63,904 bases of DNA from Paraspadella gotoi (Eukaryota > Animalia > Chaetognatha), in the NCBI GenBank assembly GCA_051294375.1, contig CM119266.1:6031431-6095334 (forward strand), in the 5' to 3' direction. Both the position numbers and the translations under genes were made by a program. Positions 34,604 through 45,846 of the stretch are shown here, in pieces (positions within the stretch are counted from its first letter, which is position 1; each line of letters starts with the position of its first letter). Under the pieces are notes generated by a model. That model searched no databases. It was not told the origin of the DNA and was given only the letters and a program-made list of their open reading frames with translations.

Positions 34604-37600
34604 CACTATGAAGCATAGTAAGGTGGACAGCAGAAAATTTCATACAGCCTCGCTACCCCACCTGTAACCACTACACTATGAAGCCATGAGTAAGGTGGAC
34701 AGCAGAAAATTTCATACAGCCTCGCTACCCACCGTAACCACTACACTATGAAGCCATAGTAAGGTGGAAGCAGAAAATTTCATACAGCCTCGCTACCCAC
34801 CTGTAACCACTACACTATGAAGCATTAGTAAGGTGGACAGCAGAAAATTTATACAGCCTCGCTACCCACCGTAACCACTACACTATGAAGCCATAGTAAG
34901 GTGGACAGGCAGAAAATTTCATACAGCCTCGCTACCCACCTGTAACCACTACACTATGAAGCCATAGAAGGTGGACAGCAGAAAATTTCATACGCCTCGC
35001 TACCACCTGTAACCACTACACTATGAAGCCATAGTAAGGTGGACACAGAAAATTTCATACAGCCTCGCTACCCACCTGTAACCACTACACTATGAAGCCA
35101 TAGTAAGGTGACAGCAGAAAATTTCATACAGCTCGCTACCCACCTGTAACACTACACTAATGAAGCCATAGTAAGTGGACAGCAGAAAATTTCATTACAG
35201 CCTCGCTACCCACCTGTAACCCACTACACTATGAAGCCATAGTAATGTGGACAGCAGAAAATTTCATACAGCCTCGCTACCCCACCTGTAACCACTACAC
35301 TATGAAGCCATAGTAAAGGTGGACAGCAGAAAATTTCATACAGCCTCGCTACCCACCTGTAACCACTACACTATGAAGCCATAGTAAGGTGGACAGCAGA
35401 AAATTTCATACAGCCTCCTACCACCTGTAACCACATACACTATGAAGCCATAGTTAAGGTGGACCAGCAGGAAAATTTCTACTGCGAGCCTCCTAGCCTT
35501 ATGCCTATATCGTATACAGCTATGAAGCCATAGTAGGTGGAAGCAAGAAAAAATTTCATACAGCCTCGCTACCCACCTGTAACCACTACACTATGAAGCC
35601 ATAGTAAGGTGGACAGCAGAAATTTCATAACAGCACTCGACTACCCACCTGCTTACCCCCAACTACACTATGAGCCATAGTAAGGTGGACAGCAGAAAAT
35701 TTCATACAGCCTCGCTACCCACCTGTAACACTACACTATGAAGCATAGTAAGGTGCGACAGCAGAAAATTTATACAGCTCGCTACCCACCTGTAACCACT
35801 TACACTATGAGCCATAGTAAGGTGGACAGCAGAAAATTTCATACAGCTCGTACCCACCTGTAACCCACTACACTATGAAGCCATAGTAAGGTGGACAGCA
35901 GAAAATTTTCATACAGCCTCGCTACCCACTGTACACTACACTATGAAGCCATAGTAAGGTGGACAGCAGAAAATTTATACACCCTCGCTACCCACTGTAA
36001 CCACTAACTATGAAGCCATAGTAAGGTGGACGCAGAAAATTTCATACAGCCTCGCTACCCACTGTAATCACTGACACTATGAAGCCATAGTAAGGGGACA
36101 GCAGAAAATTCATACAGCCCGTACCCACCCTGTAACCACTACACTATGAAGCCATAGTAAGGTGGACAGCAGAAAATTTTCATCAGCCTCGCTACCCACC
36201 TGTAACCACTACACTATGAAGCCATAGTAAGGTGGACAGCAGAAAATTTCATACAGCCTCGCTACCCACCGTAAACCACTACACTAGAAGCCATAGTAGG
36301 TGACAGCAGAAAATTTCATACAGCTCGCTACTTCCACCTGTAACCACTACACTATGAAGCCATAGTAAGGTGGACAGCAGAAAATTTCATACAGCCTCGC
36401 TACCCACCTGTAACCACTACACTATGAAGCCATAGTAAGGTGGACAGCAGAAAATTTCATACAGCCTCGCTACCCACCTGTAACCACTACACTATGAAGC
36501 CATAGTAAGGTGGACAGCAGAAATTTCATACAGCCTCGCTACCACCTGTAACCACTACACTATGAAGCCATAGTAAGGTGGACAGCAGAAAATTTCATAC
36601 AGCCTCGCTACCCACCTTAACCACTACACTATGAAGCCATAGTAAAGGTGGACAGCAAAAATTTCATACAGCCTCGCCTGCCCACCTGTAACCACTACAC
36701 TATGAAGCCATAGTAGGTGGACAGCAGAAAATTTCATAACCAGCCTCGCTACCACCTGTAACCACTACCACTATGAAGCCATAGTAAGGTGGACAGCAGA
36801 AAATTTTCATACAGCCTCGCTACCCACTTGTAACCACTACACTATGAAAGCCATAGTAAGGTGGACAGCAGAAAATTTCATACAGCCTCGCTACCCCCTG
36901 TAACCACTACACTATGAAGCCATAGTAAGGTGGACAGCAGAAAATTTCATCAGCCTCGCTCCCACCTGTTAACCACTACACTATGAAGCCATAGTAAGGT
37001 GGACAGCCAGAAATTTCATACAGCCTCGCTACCCACCTGTAACCACTACACTATGAAGCCATAGTAAGGTGGACAGCAGAAAATTCATACAGCCTCGCTT
37101 ACCCACCTGTAACCCTACACTATGAAGCCATAGTAAGGTGGACAGCAGAAAATTTCAATACAGCCTCGCTACCCACCTGTACCACTACACTATGAAGCCA
37201 TAGTAGGTGGACAGCAGAAAATTTCCATACAGCCTCGCTACCCACTGTAACCACTACACTATGAAGCATAGTAAGGTGGACAGCAGAAAATTTCATACAC
37301 CTCGCTACCCACCTGTAACCACTACACTATGAGCCATAGTAAGGTGGACAGCAGAAAATTTTCATACAGCCTCGCTAACCCCACCTGTAACCACTACCAC
37401 TATGAGCCATAGTAAGGTGGACAGCAGAAAATTTCATACAGCCTCGCTACCCACCTGTAACCACTACACATGAAGCCATAGTAAGGTGGACAGCAGAAAA
37501 TTTCATACGCCTCGGCTACCCACTGTAACCACTACACTATGAAGCCATAGTAAGGGTGGACAGCAGAAAATTTCATACAGCCTCGCTCCCACCTGTAACC

Positions 37601-39177
37601 ACTACACTATGAAGCCATAGTAGGTGGACAGCAGAAAATTTCATACAGCCTCGCTACCCACCTGTAACCACTACACTATGTAAGCCATAGTAAGGTGGAC
37701 AGCAGAAAATTTCATACAGCTCGGTACCCACTGCTTAACCACTACACTATGAAGCCATAGTAAGGTGGACAGCAGAAAATTTCATGCAGCCTCGCTACCC
37801 ACGTAACCACTACACTATGAAGCCATAGTAAGGTGGAAGCAGAAAATTTCATACAGCCTCGCTACCCACCTGTAACCACTACACTATGAAGCCATAAGTA
37901 AGTGTGGACAGCAGAAAATTTCATACAGCCTCGCTACCCACCTGTAACCACTACACTATGAAGCCATAGTAAGGTGGACAGCAGAAAATTCATACAGCCT
38001 CGCTACCCACCTGTAAACCACTACACTATGAGCCATAGTAAGGTGGACAGCAGAAAATTTCATACAGCCTCGCTACCACCTGTTAACCACTACACTATGA
38101 AGCCATAGTAAGGTGGACAGCAGAAAATTTTCATACAGCCTCGTACCAACCTGTAAACACTACACTATGAAGCCATAGTAAGGTGGACAGCAGAAAAATT
38201 TTCATACAGCCTCGTACCCACCTGTAACCACTACACTATGAGCCATAGTAAGGTGGACAGCAGAAAATTTCATACAGCCTCGCTACCACCTGTAACCACT
38301 ACACTATGAAGCCATAGTAAGGTGGGACAGCAGAAATTTCATACAGCCTCGCTACCCACCGTAACCACTACACTATGAAGCCATAGTAAGGTGGACAGCA
38401 GAAAATTTCATACAGCCTCGCTACCCACCTGTAACCACTACACTATAAGCCATAGTAAGGTGGACAGCAGAAAATTTCATACAGCCTCGCTACCCACCTG
38501 TAACCCTACACTATGAAGCCATAGTAAGGTGGACAGCAGAAAATTTCATACAGCCTCGCTACCCACCTTAACCACTACACTTGAAGCCATAGTAAGTGGA
38601 CAGCAGAAAATTTCATACAGCCTCGCTACCCACCTGTAACACTCACTATGAAGCCATAGTAAGGTGGACAGCAGAAAATTTCATACAGCCTCGCTACCCA
38701 CCTGTAACCATACACTATTAGCCATAGTAAGGTGGGACAGCAGAAAATTTCATACAGCTCGCTACCCACCTGTAACCACTACACTATGAAGCCATAGTAA
38801 GGTGGACAGCAGAAAATTTCATACAGCCTCGCTACCCACCTGTAACCACTACACTATGAAGCCATAGTAAGGTGGACAGCAGAAAATTTCATACAGCCTC
38901 GCTACCCCCTGATCACGGCTGTAAAACGCACTACACTACTGAAGCCATAGTAAGGTGGACAGCAGAAAATTTCATACAGCCTCGCTACCCACCTGTAACC
39001 ACTACACTATGAAGCCATAGTAAGGTGGACAGCAGAAAATTTCATACAGCCTCGCTACCCACCTGTAACCACTACACTATGAAGCCATAGTAAGGTGGAC
39101 AGCAGAAAATTTCATACAGCCTCGCTACCCACCTGTAACCACTACACTATGAAGCCATAGTAAGGTGGACAGCAGAA
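34604..39177. repeat. Tandem satellite, 70-bp unit, about 65 copies
   Basis: Unit cactatgaagccatagtaaggtggacagcagaaaatttcatacagcctcgctacccacctgtaaccacta. Copies differ almost only by scattered 1-nt indels, and there are no unique spacers. Confidence 0.97.
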
Positions 39178-40134
39178 TTCCGCGCTATTTCTAATGCATT
39201 AAGCCACCAAGCCCACCCACCACCCAATAATTTGTTTTGATTTTATCTATTAGCAAAAAGCTTTATCTTGGAACTTGTTTGATTGAAAAGTAATTGCAGT
39301 TACCACTTCATTTTGCTTTGAAGTATCTTCAATTCTATATGGTTTTAATGTTAGATTGCATATCATATTAATATTTCATCTCTATAATATGTAAGTTTCC
39401 TAAAGTATTTTTTTTATTTTTCATTTCTTAAAAATATAATACTACAATATTGCAAATTAGAGTTATAAATACTCAAAGATTTTTAAATAATGCAAATACA
39501 GTCAGAGAAAAATTTTTATTTACAAACGTAAAAAATTATTAAGAAAGGATAATTACAAAAAAATTAGACATGAGACTGGAGAATAGGCAGGGATTTTTAA
39601 TATAACGGTTTAACTAAAAAGTATAATGTAATTTCTCTCGATTCGTTTTTGTTGGTAAGTTTTAGTTACAACGTTTTTAATTATTTAAAAACAACGGTTA
39701 ATTTAAACAAAAATAACGGATATGTTTCGTCTCTGATGAGAGCCTTCTTCAGCGCGAAAAATATTGTTTTGTAAAAATATTTTTTCACAGAATTTGCTGC
39801 CTTTTCTAAACCCTTTAAAAACAAGTTCAGGCTCTGCAGTGACTGTTCAGCTGCCTTCCAGCTATCTCTGTCTCTGTCTGTCTTTCTCTTTCTCTCTCTC
39901 TCTCTCTGTAACGATTCTTGCGTGATCGTTTTTTTAAAAAAATTTGATTATTTTTTTCCTTTTAAAAACTTTTATTATCGCCATTTATTCCGCGATTTTT
40001 TCTCAATGCAAAATCCCAAATTTACATCCGAGATTTTCGTGGATTTATTCACTTTCTTTCTCACTCTCTTTCAATCTCTCTTTCACTCATACACGCATTT
40101 GCTTGTTTTATTTATGATGATTGATTCATTTGAG

Positions 40135-40375
40135 TCAATGAATGACTATCATCGCATCAATGAATGACTATCATCTTATCAACAAATGATTATCATCACA
40201 TCAATGAATGACTATCATTGCATCAAACCTTTTGGTATTATCACATCAATCATTTGGTAATCATAAATCGATCATTTGTTATCATCGCATCAATTATTGG
40301 TTATCATCGCATCAATATTCGTTATCATCGCATCAATCCTTTGGTTATCATCGAACCAATATTTGGTTATCATTG
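40135..40375. repeat. Degenerate ~21-bp tandem repeat (tatcatcgcatcaat...ttggt)
   Basis: Recurring atcatcgcatcaat core at about 21-bp spacing. Confidence 0.75.
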
Positions 40376-40569
40376 AAGGAGGCTCGATCCTATTCTTTAA
40401 GATTTTTTTTCTCTCTTTCTCCTCTCCTCTCTCTTTCTCTCTCTTTCTCTCTTTCTTTCTCTATGATTATTCCAAAATGAGTTTTACTCTGCAGGCTTAA
40501 GTTACGAATCTCTCTCTCTTCTCTCTCTCTCTCTCTTCTTTTTTTTTTTTTTTTTTTTTCTCTCTCCCT

Positions 40570-40607
<38 letters not shown>

Positions 40608-41426
40608 TCTGATTAGTCAAAACGAGCATCGCTGATAGTTACGCATCTCTTATCTCTCTCTCTCTATCTCTCTCTCTTTCTTTTTCTCTCTCTCTTTTCT
40701 CCTCTCTCTCTTTCGTCGCCTTCCGCAACTCTTATTAATTTATATAGAAAATAAAAATTTCGGATTTACATAAACTAGTCTACTTGAAGTCAGATTCTTC
40801 TTAAAACGAAAAACCGCAAAAAACGCAACAGGGGTTATGTCTCAGACACCACCCAGCCATTGAATTGCTTTTGAAGTAAATTTCGATGATCCCTAAATAT
40901 CCCGACAACTTAAAGCTGAACTTAAGGAAAATTTGGGAGGCTCATTTCATTCAAATCACTTTGCCAACTTAATGCCACTGTATTGCAACTTTCATTCTAC
41001 AAATTATAAAAAATAATATGTAACAGAAACCTTAGCGAAAGAGCTGTTGATTGATTATTAAAATATATAGTTTTTAATAAAAATTAGTTATTTTCTGACG
41101 TGATATAATGTTGTGGTAACCAAACCAGCAATCAAAAATTCAATTTGCATCGCAAGACTGCATGAAAATAATAATTCCTACTAAGACAAAAAAACGAAAT
41201 AACGTTTAATAGAAACTGGCAAAGGAGTTTAAAGACAAGATATTTGTCAAAAATCAATATAAATTGCTAAAGTGATGACATGACTTTTCCACGGTGTGGA
41301 TACACTGTGCCCCCCCACCTTCACCCCTCCTCATACCCCCCCCTTCCAAACAAGAAAAATGAGAAAAAAATAGGATTTTTCATGAATTTAATTCTGAATC
41401 GCGTTTTCGTTGGGATTCCATTTTTT

Positions 41427-41755
41427 GCCTTATTTTCCCAGAACGCCCCATTTTATCTTAAATTCGGAATTAGATAAATTTTTCATAAAATTGTCAAAAT
41501 GCTGATAAAGACTTGTAACCAAAAGTTAAAACATGTAAGATTAATAAAAACTATTATTTATATATATATAAATATAAACTATTATTTACTGTTCTCTTCT
41601 AATTTTAAAGTTAAAATTCGTAAATTTCCTTTCCTTTTGTTGTGGTTGCGTATTGGGAGAAGTCGTTGTAAAAAAATATTAAAAACGTCTTCCAAAGTTA
41701 AAATTAAATTCTGAGATAAAGGAACGGAAATGGGGGATTCTTGGAAAAGAGAGCC
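41427..41755. mobile_element. MITE-like element, same family
   Basis: Left end gccttattttcccagaacgccccattttatctt; right end gaaatgggggattcttggaaaagagagcc. Both ends resemble those of the 23481-23698 copy. Confidence 0.55.
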
Positions 41756-42049
41756 TCATTTTTTTCTCTGTCACATTATCGAAATTGAACGACGGTGAAG
41801 ATTTCGTCGGAGTTTTTTTTTTTATATTTGTGTTTAGTCGCGGGAGGAAACGACTCGTTTAGACACTTTTCGGTCGGTCGGTCGCTCGATTAATATAAAG
41901 AATTTGTTACAAGAATTGGTATGAAGAAATGAAAAGTTGAGAACTAGTTGGTAAAGGAATAAAATTTATTTTGAAATTTATATGAAAGAGAGGGAGAAAA
42001 AGAAAAAGTGAGAGAGAGAGAGATGGAGAGAGAGAGATGTGGATAAGGC

Positions 42050-42250
42050 GCTAAGTGGGCTGAAAACTACTTTCCGTAACTTCTATGCCCCCTCAGCAGC
42101 CATGGAACGGGTCCTGGGTTTGGAACCAAGTTTGAGGCCTTTCCATGACCCCAAGGCGGTTTAAGGACGTCCTCAGGGTTCCGCAGGGTAGATACTGGGT
42201 TGGGATTGAACCCGGTACCTAGTGGTCATGAGGTCCCCCCTTGCTTTTAA
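42050..42250 (-). mobile_element. Possible degenerate tRNA-derived SINE fragment
   Basis: B-box-like GGTTCAATCCC on the - strand (42202-42212) in a GC-richer island between GA/CT tracts; no clear A box. Confidence 0.3.
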
Positions 42251-42305
42251 TTCTTTTACAAATTATATCTATCCTATCTATCTCCTCTCTCTCTCTCTCT
42301 CTCTC

Positions 42306-42349
<44 letters not shown>

Positions 42350-42354
<5 letters not shown>

Positions 42355-43958
42355 GCCCTGCAACCCAGGCCCCAGCGTTGACGCTTTTTCTGGATATTAA
42401 ACTCGGGAGTAAATCCCTTTCCTCTTCTCTCTCTTTTTTAATTTTTTCCTTTATTTTTTTTTCCTAATTATCTCCCTTTTTTTTTCTGTTGTTCTTCATT
42501 TTAGGGTATTTTTTTCCTCCACTCAACATCTTTTTTTGTTTTATTTTCTAATTTAATTTTCGGTCTTATTGCCCAAAGCGCCGCGTTTCATCTTAAATAC
42601 GAAATTAAATTAGTGTTTAGGTACTAATTAGGTTTTGAGATTAGATAGTTTAGGGTGATAAGGCTAGGCGATTAAGGCTTAGTGGAAATTAGGATATTAA
42701 GATTTAATAAGTATTTAAGATTTTTCGTTAGAGTAGAGGTTTTTAAGGATCTGAGATTTGGGTAAAAGATTAGGCTAAACAATTATGGATAGAATTTTAG
42801 TTGAAGGGTTGAGGATCAGACGAGAGTTACGGTTACGGTTACTAGATCTAGATTAAACATTATCGCTTAAAATTAAGTTCAGGGTTAGAGGAAGTCGAAA
42901 TTGATTTCGCTTTTAAGAAAAGAAGCAGCCTCATTTTTTTTTATATCTTCCCCCAGTTTAATAAATTATTAATTCTCTTATTAGTTTTATCCTATAAAAA
43001 AAAATTCGGTGAAGTTTCTCTCGAATGACATTTAAAAAAAAAGCGGATACAATGAATCACAGTTTTTTATTTTGTTTTAATAGCGATTTTGTTTTTGAGA
43101 GAAGTTTATACGAATATAAAAAGACAAACACAAATGATTGAACGGTTCGTTTTAAGTTCGCTAATAAAGTAAACGAGCGTTAAATATATATCCGGAAAAA
43201 CACTCTTACATAGCAATTTAGTGAAAAAAAAAAAACCGGAGACTTTGTTAAGAATTTTTCCCACTAGTTTATAAAAAAAAAAATCATACTCTTTTGGTCC
43301 GTTGAAAAAAAAGATTTAAAAAAAACACACAAAAAACTGGTTGGTGTTTCTTTCTGGAACGCAAGATCATTCATCTTTTTCTCCTCTCTGTCGTGTTTAT
43401 TGACGGAATCTTTAACACGCAATATAAATCTTAAATCTGTTATTACGAAAATTCATCCAAATATTTCAATATTCTTTAGCATTCACATTTCTTTGTCATC
43501 ACTATCAGTGAACCTCTGTTGTCTTGCGTCTTTCCGTAATTAAACTACTTTTTTATAATCATCATCATCCATATCATGCAATAGCATCATCAATCATCAT
43601 CGTTCTCAATACATCATGCATCAGTCATCATCATCAAATCTATCATCATCATATAATCATCATCATACATCATCATATAGCATCATCGTCATCATCTCGC
43701 GAATTGATTTTTGACGAAGAAGAAAACAAAAGATTACTTTTCTTTGATTGGTGATTGACAAAGAAACGAAAAACGATTTCCATTTCAGTCTGGAGGCCTC
43801 TCTCTCTCTCTTCTCGTCTCTCTCTTCTCTCTCTCTTTCTCTTCTCGGGTCTCTCTCTCTCCTCTTCTCTCTCTCTTTCTCTTCTTTCTCGATTCCCTTT
43901 CTCCTCTTCGTCGTCTGAATTTGTAACCACTGGNNNNNNNNNNNNNNNNNNNNNNNNN

Positions 43959-43992
<34 letters not shown>

Positions 43993-45392
43993 CCCTCCAG
44001 ACTGAATGGAAATCGTTTTCGTTTCTTTTTCAATCACAACAAAGAAAAGTGAATCTTTTGTTTTCTTCTTCGCAAAATCGAATTCGGAGATGATGACGAT
44101 GATGCTATATGATGATGTATGATGATGATTATATGATGATGATAGATTTGATGATGATGACTGATGCATGATGTATTGAGAACGATGATGATTGATGATG
44201 CTATTGCATGATATGGATGATGATGATTATAAAAAAGTAGTTTAATTACGGAAAGACGCAAGACAACAGAGGTTCACTGATAGTGATGACAAAGAAATGT
44301 GAATGCAAAGAATATTGAATATTTGGATGAATTTCGAATAAAGATTAAGATTTATATTGGGTTAAAGATTCCGTCAATAAACACGACAGAGAAAAAGATG
44401 AATGACTTCGTTTCCAGAAAGAAAACACCAGTTTTTTTTTGTTTTTTTTTAATCTTTTTTTTCAACGCGACAAAAAGAGTATATTTTTTTTTTAAACTAG
44501 TGGGAAAATTCTTAACAAAGTCTCCGGTTTTTTTTTTCACTAAATTGCTATGTAAAGTGTTTTTCCGGATATTATTAACGCTCGTTTTACTTTATTAGCG
44601 AACTTAAAACGAACCGTTCAATATTTGTGTTTGTCTTTTTATATTCGTATAAACTTCTCTCAAAACAAACTCGTTATTTTAAAAAAAATAAAAAACTGTG
44701 GATTTCATTGTATCCGCTTTTTTTTAAATGTCATTCGGAGAGAAACTTCACCGAATTTTTTTTTATAGGATAAACAGATAAAGAGAATTAATAATTAAAC
44801 TGGGGGGGAAGATATAAAAAAAATGAGGCTCTCTTTTCTAAAAGCGATCAATTTCGATTCCTTAATCCCTGAACTTAATTTTAACGATAATGTTTAATCT
44901 AGATCTATAACCGTAACCGTAACTCTCGTCTGATCCTCAACCCTCAACTAAAATTCTAATCCATAATTGTTTAGCCTAATCTTTTACCCAAATCTCAGAT
45001 CCTTAAAACCTCTACTCTAACCGAAAATCTTAATACTTATAAGTTATAACAAACTAACCTAATCCCTAACCTATTCACTAACCTAATCCCTAGCCTTATC
45101 ACCCTAATATCTAATCTCAAACCTAATATTTATACCTAAACACTAATTTAATTTCGTATTTAAGATGAAACGGGCCGCTTTGGGCGAATAAGACCGAAAA
45201 TTAAAATTAGAAAATAAACAAAAAAAGATGTTGAGTGGAGGAAAAAAATATCCCTAAAATGAAAACAACAGAAAAAAAAAGGAGATTAAGGGAAAAAAAT
45301 AAAGGAAAAAATAAAGAGAGAGAAGAGAAAGTGGATTTACGTCAGTTTAATATCCAGAAAAAGGTCAACGCTGGGTGCCTGGGTGCAGGGCG
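42350..45392. repeat. About 1.45 kb inverted duplication centred on the 25-N gap 43934-43958
   Basis: 42350-43810 is the reverse complement of 43985-45392. The same translation 'MRLSVIKLLFYNHHHPYH...' appears at 43524+ and 44261-. Differences are mostly indels. Confidence 0.93.
42562..42930. mobile_element. MITE-like element, same family (mirrored at about 44826-45195 by the inverted duplication)
   Basis: Left end ggtcttattgcccaaagcgccgcgtttcatctt; right end cgcttttaagaaaagaagcagcc. Interior of ttagg/ggtta-like units. Confidence 0.5.
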
Positions 45393-45809
45393 AGAGAGAG
45401 AGAGANNNNNNNNNNNNNNNNNNNNNNNNNNNNNNNNNNNNNNNNNNNNNNNNNNNNNNNNNNNNNNNNNNNNNNNNNNNNNNNNNNNNNNNNNNNNNNN
45501 NNNNNNNNNNNNNNNNNNNNNNNNNNNNNNNNNNNNNNNNNNNNNNNNNNNNNNNNNNNNNNNNNNNNNNNNNNNNNNNNNNNNNNNNNNNNNNNNNNNN
45601 NNNNNNNNNNNNNNNNNNNNNNNNNNNNNNNNNNNNNNNNNNNNNNNNNNNNNNNNNNNNNNNACTATAATTGATTTTGGTTTTTCCCGCTTCTGTTATT
45701 TATTCGCGCCCAACATTTTAAGCCGTCGACATGGCAACGGCGGACAACCGCGCCTCGAGGGCGAGATAGAGAGAGAGACGCTCGGCAGTAAAAACTTTTT
45801 TTGTTCGTT

Positions 45810-45846
<37 letters not shown>

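Noticed and set aside
34604-39177. CRISPR array or other spacer-containing guide array
   Set aside because: Units are contiguous and essentially identical, with no unique spacers; the context is eukaryotic and no cas-like gene is present.
34604-39177. Hammerhead ribozyme in the satellite unit
   Set aside because: CUGUAUGA resembles CUGAUGA, but no correctly placed stem II plus GAAA and cleavage triplet can be drawn on either strand.
43524-44261. Duplicated His-rich 75-aa ORFs
   Set aside because: They are translations of degenerate (CAT)n repeats, and the duplication comes from the probable artefactual inversion.
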